Of a stretch of 64,000 bases of DNA, positions 53,657 to 64,000 are shown one piece after another. A model generated the notes under the pieces. That model did not search any database. It was given only the letters and a program-made list of their open reading frames with translations, and had not been told where the DNA came from. The stretch spans positions 209,241 through 273,240 of the forward strand of contig NC_057752.1 in the NCBI RefSeq assembly GCF_004010195.1. Direction: 5' to 3'. The stretch's first letter is position 1; each line of letters starts with the position of its first letter. The stretch comes from Chiloscyllium plagiosum. Lineage: Eukaryota. The translations under genes and the position numbers were made by a program.

Positions 53657-53743
53657 GTTTGTGTTCAAGAGCCCGTTTGTTGAATTCTTCAAAGAACGGG
53701 AGAACTGTTTGAATGTGTACTATTTACAGCCAGTTTAGCTCAG
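53657..53743 (+). pseudogene. CTDSP2: CTDSP2-like pseudogene, exon 6 equivalent
   Basis: 87 nt (93 expected), AG/GT intact. [28 protein letters not shown] versus [31 protein letters not shown]. Small deletions give TGA at 53681-53683. Confidence 0.92.
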
Positions 53744-54409
53744 GTACTCTTCTCTTTTAGTGTCACTGAGCTGATAAATTTTATATTTTGGAAAAAAGTG
53801 GAAGAAGAATCTTCCATTGGAAAATGTAATTGTTCTTCTCATTACTTAATTTCAAGCACCATCAAATGGCTAGTTGCTAGGCCCCTGCCAGAAGTTCTCT
53901 GGAACCAGTCACTCTTCTAAACATGTGTGCTCACAGTGATAGAAAACATAATCTGTTCCACTTCACTCTGAGCATTTTCATTACCTTCCTGAAACCACTC
54001 AGACTGCTTGCCTTACCCACAAACTCCTGACATTAGCTGGCTGTGATTCCTGCTTGATTTTTCATGGCAATGTAACAGGAAATCAAAGGGTAATGTTTCT
54101 ATTGGCATGTGTAATGCCTGCCAATAAGTGGATAAGGAAAAGGAAGGTTGACAGTGGTCTGGTTATAAGTGAGGAAGGGTAAAGGACAATTGAAGTTGAT
54201 ACATGTAAGTGGCAGTGGACCATTTTGTCTCAATTTCTGATGTTAATGCAATCAATTTTGGTCAGGATTGTTGAGAGGAAGCCAGGCCCAGATCAGAAAT
54301 GCAGTGTGAAATCAATTCTTCAGCGTGCCATGAAGGTGTTTCACATTCTGCCTGAGGGTGACTCCCATGACTGTGCATCTATCATGATATTTTGCTAATC
54401 TATCATGAC

Positions 54410-54930
54410 TGACAGCCCTAAAGGAGCCTTCCACATCCATCAAAGGTTTACTTGCACATCTACTAATATCATTTATTGTATCCGTTGCTCCCGATGCGGT
54501 CTCCTCTACATTGGGGAGACTGGACGCCTCCTAGCAGAGCGCTTTAGGGAACATCTCCAGGACACCCGCACCAATCAACCATACCGCACCGTGGCCCAAC
54601 ATTTCAACTCCCCCTCCCACTCTGCCGAGGACATGGAGGTCCTGGGCCTCCTTCACCGCCACTCCCTCACCACCAGACCTCCACCCTCTCCTCCCTGACC
54701 TATCATCTTCATTCCCTCCCCCACTCACCTATTGTACTCTATGCTACTTTCTCCCCACTCCCACCCTCCTCTAGCTTATCTCTCCAAGCTCCAGCCTCAC
54801 TGCCTTTATTCCTAATGAAGGGCTTTTGCCCAAAACGTCGATTTCAAAGCTCCTTGGATGCTGCCTGCTGTGCTCTTCCAGCACCACTAATCCAGAATCT
54901 GGTTTCTAGCATCTGCAGTCATTGTTTTTA
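54410..54930 (+). mobile_element. Penelope-like 3' fragment (GIY-YIG + terminus)
   Basis: NIIYCIRCSRCGLLYIGETGRLLAERFREH. Confidence 0.9.
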
Positions 54931-55521
54931 CCAGCTTGTATGAGTTGAACATCAAATTATAAATGGGGGAGTCTGAAGTCAACGCTCTACTTGGACCATA
55001 ATTCTTTGTTCCTTTTGATAAATCTGGGGTCATGGATTTAGGCTGAGTGTTAGGAGGCTCAGAGGACAATTTTCTACTGGTGGGTTCTAAGACTCACGCG
55101 AGCTGTAGGGAGACCTACAATATTGTTCAGGACTGACTTCCAGAATTTTGATTCAGCCATCTGATATATTAAAGAAGAGCAGGGGAATTATCCTCAGTGG
55201 CCTGACCAGTATTTATCTCAACCAAGTAGATGGTCTTGTCATTATGGGGCTGGCCACACTTCCAATGTACTTCATTTGCTATAAAAAAGTGTTTTGGGAT
55301 GTCATTGACAGAGATTGTATAGATAAAACTCCTTTCTATGCCTTGGTTGCAATGAAGAATGACCGCTTGCATGAACTAAGTGTACAATGCCAAAACCCGT
55401 GAAACTGCATCCTTGTCAGAAACAACTGATTTATCATAAGCTTGCTCGAGTAACAGTTTAACAGAGGAGCAAAGAAAGACACTATAAATGTACCCCTATT
55501 CAATGTGTTGGAGATCATTAT

Positions 55522-55527
55522 TTTATT
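55522..55527 (-). terminator. Probable TSFM polyadenylation signal (AATAAA on minus strand)
   Basis: TTTATT on + strand about 70 nt downstream of the TSFM stop codon. Confidence 0.6.
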
Positions 55528-55598
55528 CTGATATCAATAAAGAGATTTTCACAATGAAAAATGGTACACATTCCTTTGAACGCATCAATGCATTCCAA

Positions 55599-56017
55599 CT
55601 ATACTTTCTCTGCCAATTCAGTTACCTCACCACACTCGTACCGTACAAAGTCCAGCACTGACACCCCCCTTGTAAGCAGGAACTGCCCTACAGTTGTGTC
55701 AGGGTCCAGCAGAAAAGGCTGTGCCAACATCTTGGTCTCTGTGTCATCACCAGGTGGGTCCTCCATTGAGCCCATAGATAGTGGCATCATTCCCACAATG
55801 TGCTGACCTAACCTGCGGCCCAGCTCTGAGAAGTTTACATTTGAATTATGCTCCATGGGCTTACAAATCACTAGTGCACCATATTTTCCAAATGTCATCT
55901 TTGAGAGGTTTGGGTTGTCCTCTGGCAACATTCCATGAACATACGTGCCAATATAGCAATCAGTTGGCACAGCCACCCAGGAAGCTCTTCTTATAGTCAT
56001 GTTCTCACCAAGGTTAC
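55599..56017 (-). CDS. TSFM: TSFM last coding exon (exon 6) with TAG stop
   Basis: (G)NLGENMTIRRASWV...GKYGALVIC...GRRLGQHIVGM...ETKMLAQPFLLDP...VLDFVRYECGE...KV*. Phase is compatible with exon 5. The five exons total 912 nt in one open frame. Confidence 0.97.
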
Positions 56018-57280
56018 CTTTTAAAATATTTTTAAAAAAGGGCGAATCAAAATGTGTTTGTAAAAAGCAGGGTTCTTATTCTTGAATTAAGACATCACAT
56101 GAAAATCAAATTCTTCAGTGAGGGTGCACTTATTAAAATACACTAAATTACAAACCAGCTTTGGGATGTAGGTGGTGATATATTACAGATCATTTAGGGT
56201 GTCAGATTTACTGTAGGACATCCATTTTTGCTTGCGTGTCATCATCTGGAGCAATGCATTGTGATGGTCGAGATTCCAATTTTCTTTCTGTCGTATAGCT
56301 GACCAAGAACCTCTCCCACTCTTACCAACTGCCGCATCATAGGGTGGAAGGAATTACAGGTTGGTATGCAACCTGTTTGGCTGTGCTATGAAAACATCTT
56401 CCTTGACAACCAAGTCTCAAATCTACAGCTTCAGGTAGGAACATCACCCACTCTGCCACAAGCCCTCCTAATGAGTTAGTTAACAACTTGAGTGTGTAGT
56501 AATTGGAGAATTAGTGGGAGATCAAGGTGAAAGTCAGTTCTGAGGAATAGATACTTCAGCATTTGTTACACTCCAGCATCAGTAGCAAGCACTGCCACGC
56601 AAAACAAGTCATGCTTAATTGCCCATACGAGTTAGGTGCATTGGTCAGGGGGTATGGGTCTGGGTGGGTTACTCTGCGGAGGGTCAGTGTGGACTTGTTG
56701 GGCCGAAGGGCCTGTTTCCACACTAGGAAATCAAATCAAATCTAGACATTTCTTCCTTTGCCTCTAATCATGCTCTCTTTTACCGTCTCTCCATTTTATA
56801 TGTGTTATGATCATTGCAGCTCTGAGCTTTCTTCTCTTCCTTCTCATAGGCTCCAAATCCAATCCTATAGACTTTTCTTTTGGCACCCTCACTGTGCTGA
56901 CATAAACATGATTGCAGTCTCCTACTCCAACTCATTTCCTCGCAGTAGCTCAAAGCTGTGCATGGTTTTGTCTCCTTTGTGTTTTCTAAATTCCAACAGT
57001 GACGACACTTAAAGTACTTAATTGATTGTAATGCACTTAGGATGTCCCAAAGCTTGTGAAAGGAATAATATTACCGGAAAGCTTCCTTTTCTTTCTCCCT
57101 CAGTTTTTTTTCCTCTGGCAGTTATCTGGACTAGACTACAGAGATGGTCATATTTATATCAAAAATGTTACTGAGGAAACTTTAATTTTAAGAAAGAATA
57201 GATAGCTATGCCATTGCACCTCCCTGCCAAAAAAAAGGGCAAAGCAACTCAGCAGGCTATGATTATACTGCTGATCTTAC

Positions 57281-57365
57281 CAATAGCCAGGGCAAGCTGG
57301 TCAGCAAGGGGACGACTGTCTAAACTGGTTTTCAATTGTGTTATTTCTTCAGTCGTAAGGAAATT
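57281..57365 (-). CDS. TSFM: TSFM coding exon 5
   Basis: 85 nt, phase 0 to 1. NFLTTEEITQLKTSLDSRPLADQLALAI(G), matching human ...LKDQLALAIG. Absent from the ORF track; read manually. Confidence 0.93.
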
Positions 57366-58160
57366 CTGAAAAGTAATTGTGAAACTTTAATATACATGAG
57401 AATTATAAGGTTGTTTATTAATCAGAATCACTTTCTCAACCCATCCTTTGGGCAAAAATTTAATTTGAATCTACAGGACATAATGATAGAAGGAGATGGG
57501 GTTTTTTCCCCCCAAATCGCAACAAAACATAATCTGCGCTACCACTTTCTCTCTTGCTCTTCCTAGCTGGCAGTGCTAGGCTTCCACTTGCCACCTCATA
57601 GTTTGACACTTCTGTCAGAAGGAAACTCTCACCAATCTGGAAGTGCTGCCTAAATACAAGATTAAGGAAGAGTGGTGGAGTGGGTGGAAGATGTCATTGA
57701 ACCCTGACAGTCGAGCAGATATTAGGACCATGCCTTTTGGGAAATCCACGATAGTAAACCTTTCACTAATCGATAGGATAATATGTCTTGGATGGCACAA
57801 TGTCACAAGATGGTACAATGCAGGACAGGAAAATATTTGTTCCAGCAATGCTCCACTTGCTGATCCTTAATGGGGCATAGAAAATAGAATAACAATCCCA
57901 GCTGATTCTCTTGGTGAATTTTTATAATTCCTGATAACAAGACAGACAAGAGTGGGATATGTCAGCAAATACAAGCAACAGCAGGTAGCTGCTGTGGCAA
58001 ATTCAATAATCCAATATTTGAAGTAGAACTCCAAGGCATTGTTGATGGTTAAGCAGCCAGTCTGTGTTACAAGTAAAACATCAAGCATTGAGTGGTCAAT
58101 GGAAAATGGGATTATTCTGATTTAACATACTCTATGACTATGTGACTGAACATGACAATG

Positions 58161-58336
58161 GGGGAAAGTGAGGACGGCAGATGCTGGAGAGTCAGAGTTG
58201 AAGAGTGTGGTGCTGGAAAAGCACAGCAGGTCAGGCAGCATCCGAGGAGCAAGAGAGTTGACGTTTCAGGCATAAGCCCTTCTTCATTGCCCTTGACTCT
58301 CCTGCTGCCTGACCTGCTGGGCTTTTCCAGCGCCAC
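58161..58336. mobile_element. Fold-back mini Penelope-like terminal element in TSFM intron 4
   Basis: Inverted arms gtgtggtgctggaaaagc...gcttttccagcgccacac. TSD-like actgaacatgacaatg/actgcacatgataatg. Confidence 0.78.
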
Positions 58337-58627
58337 ACTGCACATGATAATGCCCTAATGAACTGTGTAGTCCTGGCTGGATCAACAATGAGAAATTTTC
58401 TCAATGCTCTCAGCAGCTAGACTACCTGGGTTTAGCAGGTTAAAACTCGAGTAGTCCAGGCATGCTTGTAGGATTTGCTCCTACTGGGAAAGATCTATAA
58501 ACAACAAAATGAAACCTAGCAGATATAGCCTTCTCAGTTGTTTAGTTTGGAGACTCAAACAATGGTGATGAGCTTCAGCTGACAAACAAGATTCCAGTTT
58601 TATTATAAATAGGAAATAAAGACAAAC

Positions 58628-58750
58628 CTTGTTGTAATTGATGATGTTTGCATGCTTGGAGTGACAGTGTGACATTGTGGCAGTGGCTGCTTGCTGCACC
58701 AGCTGCTGGAACTTGACATTTCGGGCAACAAAATCTGTTTCACAATTCAC
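58628..58750 (-). CDS. TSFM: TSFM coding exon 4 (EF-Ts signature NCETDFV)
   Basis: 123 nt, AG/GT bounded. VNCETDFVARNVKFQQLVQQAATATMSHCHSKHANIINYNK. Confidence 0.97.
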
Positions 58751-59218
58751 CTGTCGTGGGGGAGAAAAACACATTTCTGTCAAGAAGGACCATTTTGTTT
58801 ATAGGATTATTGATTTATATGAAATCGTATAGCACAGGAGACTATTCAGCCCATTAGGCTCTACTGGCTCTTTGGAAGATCAAATATAAAACTAATTAAA
58901 TTAGTTTTATTGCCCACACTGCTCTTTCAGAGATTTTAATTTGCTAACTGATTCATACATTAATTCTATCAGGATAGGACACAAAATGACTCTGGTGAAT
59001 GTAGATTCCATAGTAAATTTTAAGAGATTAGATATGCACTTAAAAAAGAGATTTGTAGGGCGCTGATGAAACAGCAGGAATGGGATGGGGTGGTGGTGGG
59101 GAGTGGATATCTCTTTCAGAGAACTGATGCAGGTAAAATGGGCTGGATGGCCTCGTATGCTATAAATGCCATGATTTAACATGTGTGTCACTTCAAACCA
59201 AACATTCTTCATCTTTAC

Positions 59219-59347
59219 CTCCACCAGGACAGCTGAGTTTCCATCTTTCAGCAGTCCAATGAGGCCCTCCTTTGTTTTTCGGCCTTGTAGTTTAGAAGCT
59301 TTACTCCATCCTTCCTTATGGGCCTGTCTGTGCAGCCAGGCTTCAGC
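59219..59347 (-). CDS. TSFM: TSFM coding exon 3
   Basis: 129 nt, AG/GT bounded. [43 protein letters not shown]. Confidence 0.97.
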
Positions 59348-59734
59348 CTTTGAAAAGAAACAACTTTAATTACCTTGGACAGTACCAAATTATTTCATCC
59401 CTGGGAACAATGAAATTTGCCTCATTAATCCTTTGGACTCTGTACCCTTTTTGCCAACCACCCTCAAAACTGGCAAGCAAAGTAATTAGTTTACATTTCA
59501 AATGTAGGAATATTCTTTCATAATCTGTCTTGTTTTGAATTAGGATATTGTGCTTGAATACATTTTCTACTCTATTCCTGAATCACGTATATAGGGAACA
59601 GGCTCGTGCATCTTATAATGAATATTACAAAGATGCTGTCATGTTGCTTAAAGACGACTAGTTGAAAATGGTATCAGGCCTGATTTTTTACGTGTATGAA
59701 CAATCAGATAAGATGATGTATTACGAAAGGAGTC

Positions 59735-60243
59735 ATAGGGTCATAGTCATAGAGATGCACAGCATGGAAACAGATCCTTTGGTCCAACCGTCCACGCCGA
59801 CCAGACATCCCAACCCAATCTAATCCCACCTGCCAGCACCTGGCCCATATCCCTCCAAACCCTTCCTATTCATACATCCATCCAAATACCTTTTAAATGT
59901 TGCAATTGTACTAGCCTCCACCACTTTCCCTGGCAGCTCATTCCATACACATACCACCCTCTGTGTGAAAAGGTTGCCCCTTAGGTCTCTTTTATATCAT
60001 TCCCCTCTCACACTAAACCTATGCCCTCTAGTTCTGGACTCCCCGACCCCAAGGAAAAGACTTTGTCTACTTACCCTGTCCATGCCCCTCATAATTTTGT
60101 AAACCTCTATAAGGTCACCCCTCAGCCTCCGATGCTCCAGGGAAAACAGCCCCACCCTGTTGAGCCTCTCCCTATAGCTCAAATCCTCCAACCCTGGCAA
60201 CATCCTTGTAAATCTTTTCTGAACACTTTCAACTTTCACAACA
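59735..60243 (-). mobile_element. Young CR1 (HER1-like) 3' fragment ending at an assembly gap
   Basis: VQKRFTRMLPGLEDLSYRERL; tail near-identical to 27035-27540 and 40150-40660. Confidence 0.92.
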
Positions 60244-60638
60244 NNNNNNNNNNNNNNNNNNNNNNNNNNNNNNNNNNNNNNNNNNNNNNNNNNNNNNNNN
60301 NNNNNNNNNNNNNNNNNNNNNNNNNNNNNNNNNNNNNNNNNNNNNNNNNNNNNNNNNNNNNNNNNNNNNNNNNNNNNNNNNNNNNNNNNNNNNNNNNNNN
60401 NNNNNNNNNNNNNNNNNNNNNNNNNNNNNNNNNNNNNNNNNNNNNNNNNNNNNNNNNNNNNNNNNNNNNNNNNNNNNNNNNNNNNNNNNNNNNNNNNNNN
60501 NNNNNNNNNNNNNNNNNNNNNNNNNNNNNNNNNNNNNNNNNNNNNNNNNNNNNNNNNNNNNNNNNNNNNNNNNNNNNNNNNNNNNNNNNNNNNNNNNNNN
60601 NNNNNNNNNNNNNNNNNNNNNNNNNNNNNNNNNNNNNN
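60244..60638. other. Assembly gap (395 N)
   Basis: Run of N. Confidence 1.
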
Positions 60639-60639
60639 G

Positions 60640-60966
60640 GGTTAGATTAGATTAGATTAGATTACTTACAGTGTGGAAACAGGCATTTCGGCCCAACAAG
60701 TCCACACCGCCCCGCCGAAGCGAAACCCACCCATACCCCTACATTTACCCCTTACCTAACACTACGGGCAATTTAGCATGGCCAATTCACCTGACCCTGC
60801 ACATCTTTTGGACTGTGGGAGGAAACCGGAGCACCCGGAGGAAACCCACGCAGACACGGGGAGAACGTGCAAACTCCACACAGTCAGTCGCCTGAGGCGG
60901 GAATTGAACCCGGGTCTCAGGCGCTGTGAGGCAGCAGTGCTAACCACTGTGCCACCGTGCCGCCCA
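60640..60966 (-). mobile_element. Full-length HE1/V-SINE
   Basis: tRNA-like head, V-domain and (TCTAA)n tail. Confidence 0.93.
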
Positions 60967-60969
60967 TAA

Positions 60970-61810
60970 GGAGTAGCAGTTTAGATGAGAAATATGAGGT
61001 TATGTTCTTTGGTAGAAAAAAATAAAAGAGCTGAATATAATTTAAATGGAGAAATATTGCAGCAAGTTAGAGCACATAGGGATTTGGGAGTCCTCATGCA
61101 CGAATCACAAAAAACTTCCATCCAACTTCAGATAACAAGGGAGCTAAATGGAATATATGCCTTTATTTCAAAGAAAAATGGAGTATAAAAATAAGGAGTT
61201 CTTGCTAAAACTAGAATACTGAACAACTTTGGTCCTCTTATCTGAGGAAAGATATGCTGATATTGGAGGCAGAGCTGAAAATGTGTTGCTGGAAAAGCGC
61301 AGCAGGTCAGGCAGCATCCAAAGAACAGGAGAATCGACGTTTCGGCCATAAGCCCTTCTTCAGGAATCAGGATATTGGAGGCAGCCCAGAGAAGGTTGGG
61401 TAGTTTGGGGCTTGTACTCATTGGTGTTTAGAAGCATGAGAGGCGACCTTATTGAAACATGCAAGATTCTCTGGAGCCTGATAGGGTGGATGTGGAAAGG
61501 TTGTTTTCCCTCGGTGGGAAAGTCTAGAGCTACAGGGTATAATCTCAGAATAAAAGGGTAATCCATTTAAGACAAATCACATATTTCTACGCTCAGAGTT
61601 TAGCAAATCTGTGGAATCCTTTCCTGCAGAGCGCTTGTAGAGGCTTTATTGTTAAGTATATTCAAGGCTGGGACAGACAGATTTTTAATCAGTAAGGGAA
61701 TCAAGGGTTCACGGGAACAGAGAGGGAAGTGAATCAGCCATGATCTCACTGGTGGAGCAGACTTGATGAGCTGAATGGCCTACTTCTGCTCCTGCATCTG
61801 ATGGTCTGAT
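60970..61810 (+). mobile_element. Old CR1 with a Penelope terminal fragment inserted (61273-61370)
   Basis: Perfect 14-bp TSD GATATTGGAGGCAG at 61259-61272 and 61371-61384. Confidence 0.8.
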
Positions 61811-62163
61811 GTGATCTATAGCCCAAGGAAGTCCCAGTTTAGTTTCTAGTCTGTGTTCAGTTCACTACTGTAATCAACTGTGGAATGCTGCAACATCGCA
61901 GGAATAGCAAAGAGGTGACAAAAATAATTAGCTTGAATTTCCTACTCACTATCCAAACAACTTGGTTTGCTTATGATGTCCCCAAATTCAAACGGTCAGC
62001 TGAAGCATACAATCAAGCTGTGGATCTGAAGAATTCCCTCGAAGTAAGGTATCAAAAGGCTGCCTTTACCTATGAAACCATATCATACCATCAGGTTGGG
62101 GCTTGAAGGGAAACATACATTGGGGTATCCAGCAGCAACTTTCACATTATAATTTCCACCTAC

Positions 62164-62319
62164 CTGCTGAAGGTCACTGCTAAACTTCTCTAAGGCCTTC
62201 TTACAATTTGTAAATGAGTATCCTGTCTTCTTCCGGAGTTTCAGGAGGAGTTCTTTATCAGCTGCCATTAATCTAACCCCAGAACAGTGCAGAAACTGGG
62301 TTGACCGTGCAGAAAAGAC
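62164..62319 (-). CDS. TSFM: TSFM coding exon 2 (end of transit peptide and N-terminal UBA-like domain of mitochondrial elongation factor Ts)
   Basis: 156 nt, AG/GT bounded, phase 0/0. Translates [52 protein letters not shown], matching EF-Ts [23 protein letters not shown]. Exon 1 not located. Confidence 0.96.
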
Positions 62320-63424
62320 CTAACAAAAGCAAACAGAACTCTTACAGAACTTTGTAACACAATCTACACGTTGACACATTAGTTCCACAATGTTGCTTTA
62401 CTAAGATTCTATCAAAAGGTCACAATGCTATCTCCCTTGATGTGCAAGGGTTGCTCCAATCCAATACTTTGTGATGGAGGAATACAGTTTCTGTGTTTGC
62501 TCCTCATCATATAGCAAGCCTGTCAGTTCAGTCACATTACAGTGGGCAGCTATCATGGGAGGCCAGGCATTTCACCACAAGGAGAAATAACTTGCAAGGG
62601 CAATGGTTGTGTTCCAAAGAATGGAATTTAAATGGGGCCCTTTCACCTATATGGGAGCTGGAAGGCTCCATGTGATCGGTAGCTTGTTCTTGGTTTTTTA
62701 TTAAATGGAAGAGGGGAAAAAAAAGGAAAAGAACTGAGTCCTAGCTGTCAAAATCCCATAGTCAGGCAGGCTGCAAATTTAGGAGGCGAAAGTGAGTACT
62801 GCAAATGCTGGAGCTTAGAGTCAACAGTATGGTGCTGGAAAAGCACAGCAGGTCAGGCAGCATCCGAGTAGCAGGAAAATCAATGTTTTGGGCAAAAGCC
62901 CCTAATCAGGAATGAGAAATCTAGGTCACAACCGATCAGCATGGGAGTAAAGCTATATCATAGCTATGAGTTTTAGAATGTGCACACATTTCCTTGTCGG
63001 CATTTGGATTTACTTGAAAACCACCCACCCCCCCCAGACACACCACAATTTGCTGACTTCTTGTAATCACTGTGAAATTCAGTACTGTACAGGTATATAG
63101 CCCTACATAAACCCATAAATGCATTTTGACAGGAGTTTCATGGTCATTTTACACCCTTCCTGAAACTGAGTGACCCAAATGGGTCTTTTCAATTTCTTAT
63201 TATAATGTATGATTGGAAAGTCATAAGCACCCCCCCCAGTTCACTGGCACATTATTATATTTTTAATAGATAGTAATTAATACATAATTAGGGGCAAGAG
63301 GGAAACTTGGCTGTTCAAGTGTATTGACAGACTATCCAAATTTTAGAGGTTAAAAACCTAACCTGACAGTGAACTGTAGATCCTGAAAACCGACAGACTA
63401 AATAAAATTTTATTTGAAGTATTT

Positions 63425-64000
63425 ATGACTTTGAGGTCAGTGCGGGAAATGGGTCAGACACATTTGAGGGTTGTGCCACAGTGGTGGGGACTTCTTGGTT
63501 GAAGATGAACATTTCTGAGAGCCTCTTGCAGAAGGTTGCATTATCAAAATAGATGAAATGGAGACAAAGAAACTGGGAGAATAGAATGGAGTCTTTATAG
63601 GAAGTGGGGTGTGAGCATATACAGTTAAGGTAACTGTGGGAATCAGTGGGTTTGTAGTGGATATTGGTGGCCAGCCTATCCCCAGAAATGGGAACAGAGA
63701 TATCAAGGAAGGAAAGGACAGAGTCAGAAATGAACCAGGTGAAGATGAGAGCAAGGTGGAAATTGGAAGGAAAATTGATAAAATTTCCAATTCTGGGTAG
63801 GAGAGGGAAGCAGCACTGATTAATCAATGTACCGGGAAAGAATTGTACGGAGGGACCCAAGTAGGACTAGAACAAGGAATGTTCCATGTAACCTACAAAG
63901 AGGGGCATGTGCAGGTTCCCATGGCCACACCTTTGATTTGAGGAAAGTGAGAGGAGTTAAAGGAAAAGTTGTTCAAAGTCAGGACGAGCTCAGCCAGGCG
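63425..64000 (-). mobile_element. Penelope-like RT fragment
   Basis: SFLDISV...NIHYKPTDSHSYLN; GVAMG near the window end. Confidence 0.85.

Noticed and set aside
60021..60650. 209-aa ORF
   Set aside because: Artefact of translating through the N gap on the antisense strand of a CR1.
62083..62268. MAADKELL as the TSFM start
   Set aside because: The frame is open upstream to a splice acceptor at 62320, and a transit-peptide exon 1 is expected further upstream.

Overview
Repeat-dense eukaryotic genomic DNA, most likely from an elasmobranch (shark). This is inferred from HE1/V-SINEs with (TCTAA)n tails, HER1-like CR1 LINEs and DeuSINE remnants. One intact protein-coding gene is visible: TSFM (mitochondrial EF-Ts), exons 2-6 on the minus strand (62319 to 55599); exon 1 was not found. 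Converging on it from the left is an unprocessed, intron-containing CTDSP2-like pseudogene. Four recognisable exons (39042-53743) carry stop codons, frameshifts and a lost splice donor, yet its intron still holds a perfectly conserved miR-26a hairpin (mature 52263-52284). No clear exons 7-8 and no advillin gene, normally located between CTDSP2 and TSFM, were found. The rest is mostly retroelements: nested CR1 LINEs, Penelope-like elements with hammerhead-like termini and fold-back mini-copies, a near full-length Gmr1-type Gypsy element (integrase before RT, SCAN-like gag), solo-LTR-like elements, SINEs and a Tx1/L1-clade element. The 3' ends of that Tx1-like element have piled up as a repeat/insert array at one 9-bp target beside the TATA box of an LTR-like repeat (18880-20029). 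All homology calls come from recalled sequences and manual reading; no searches were run.
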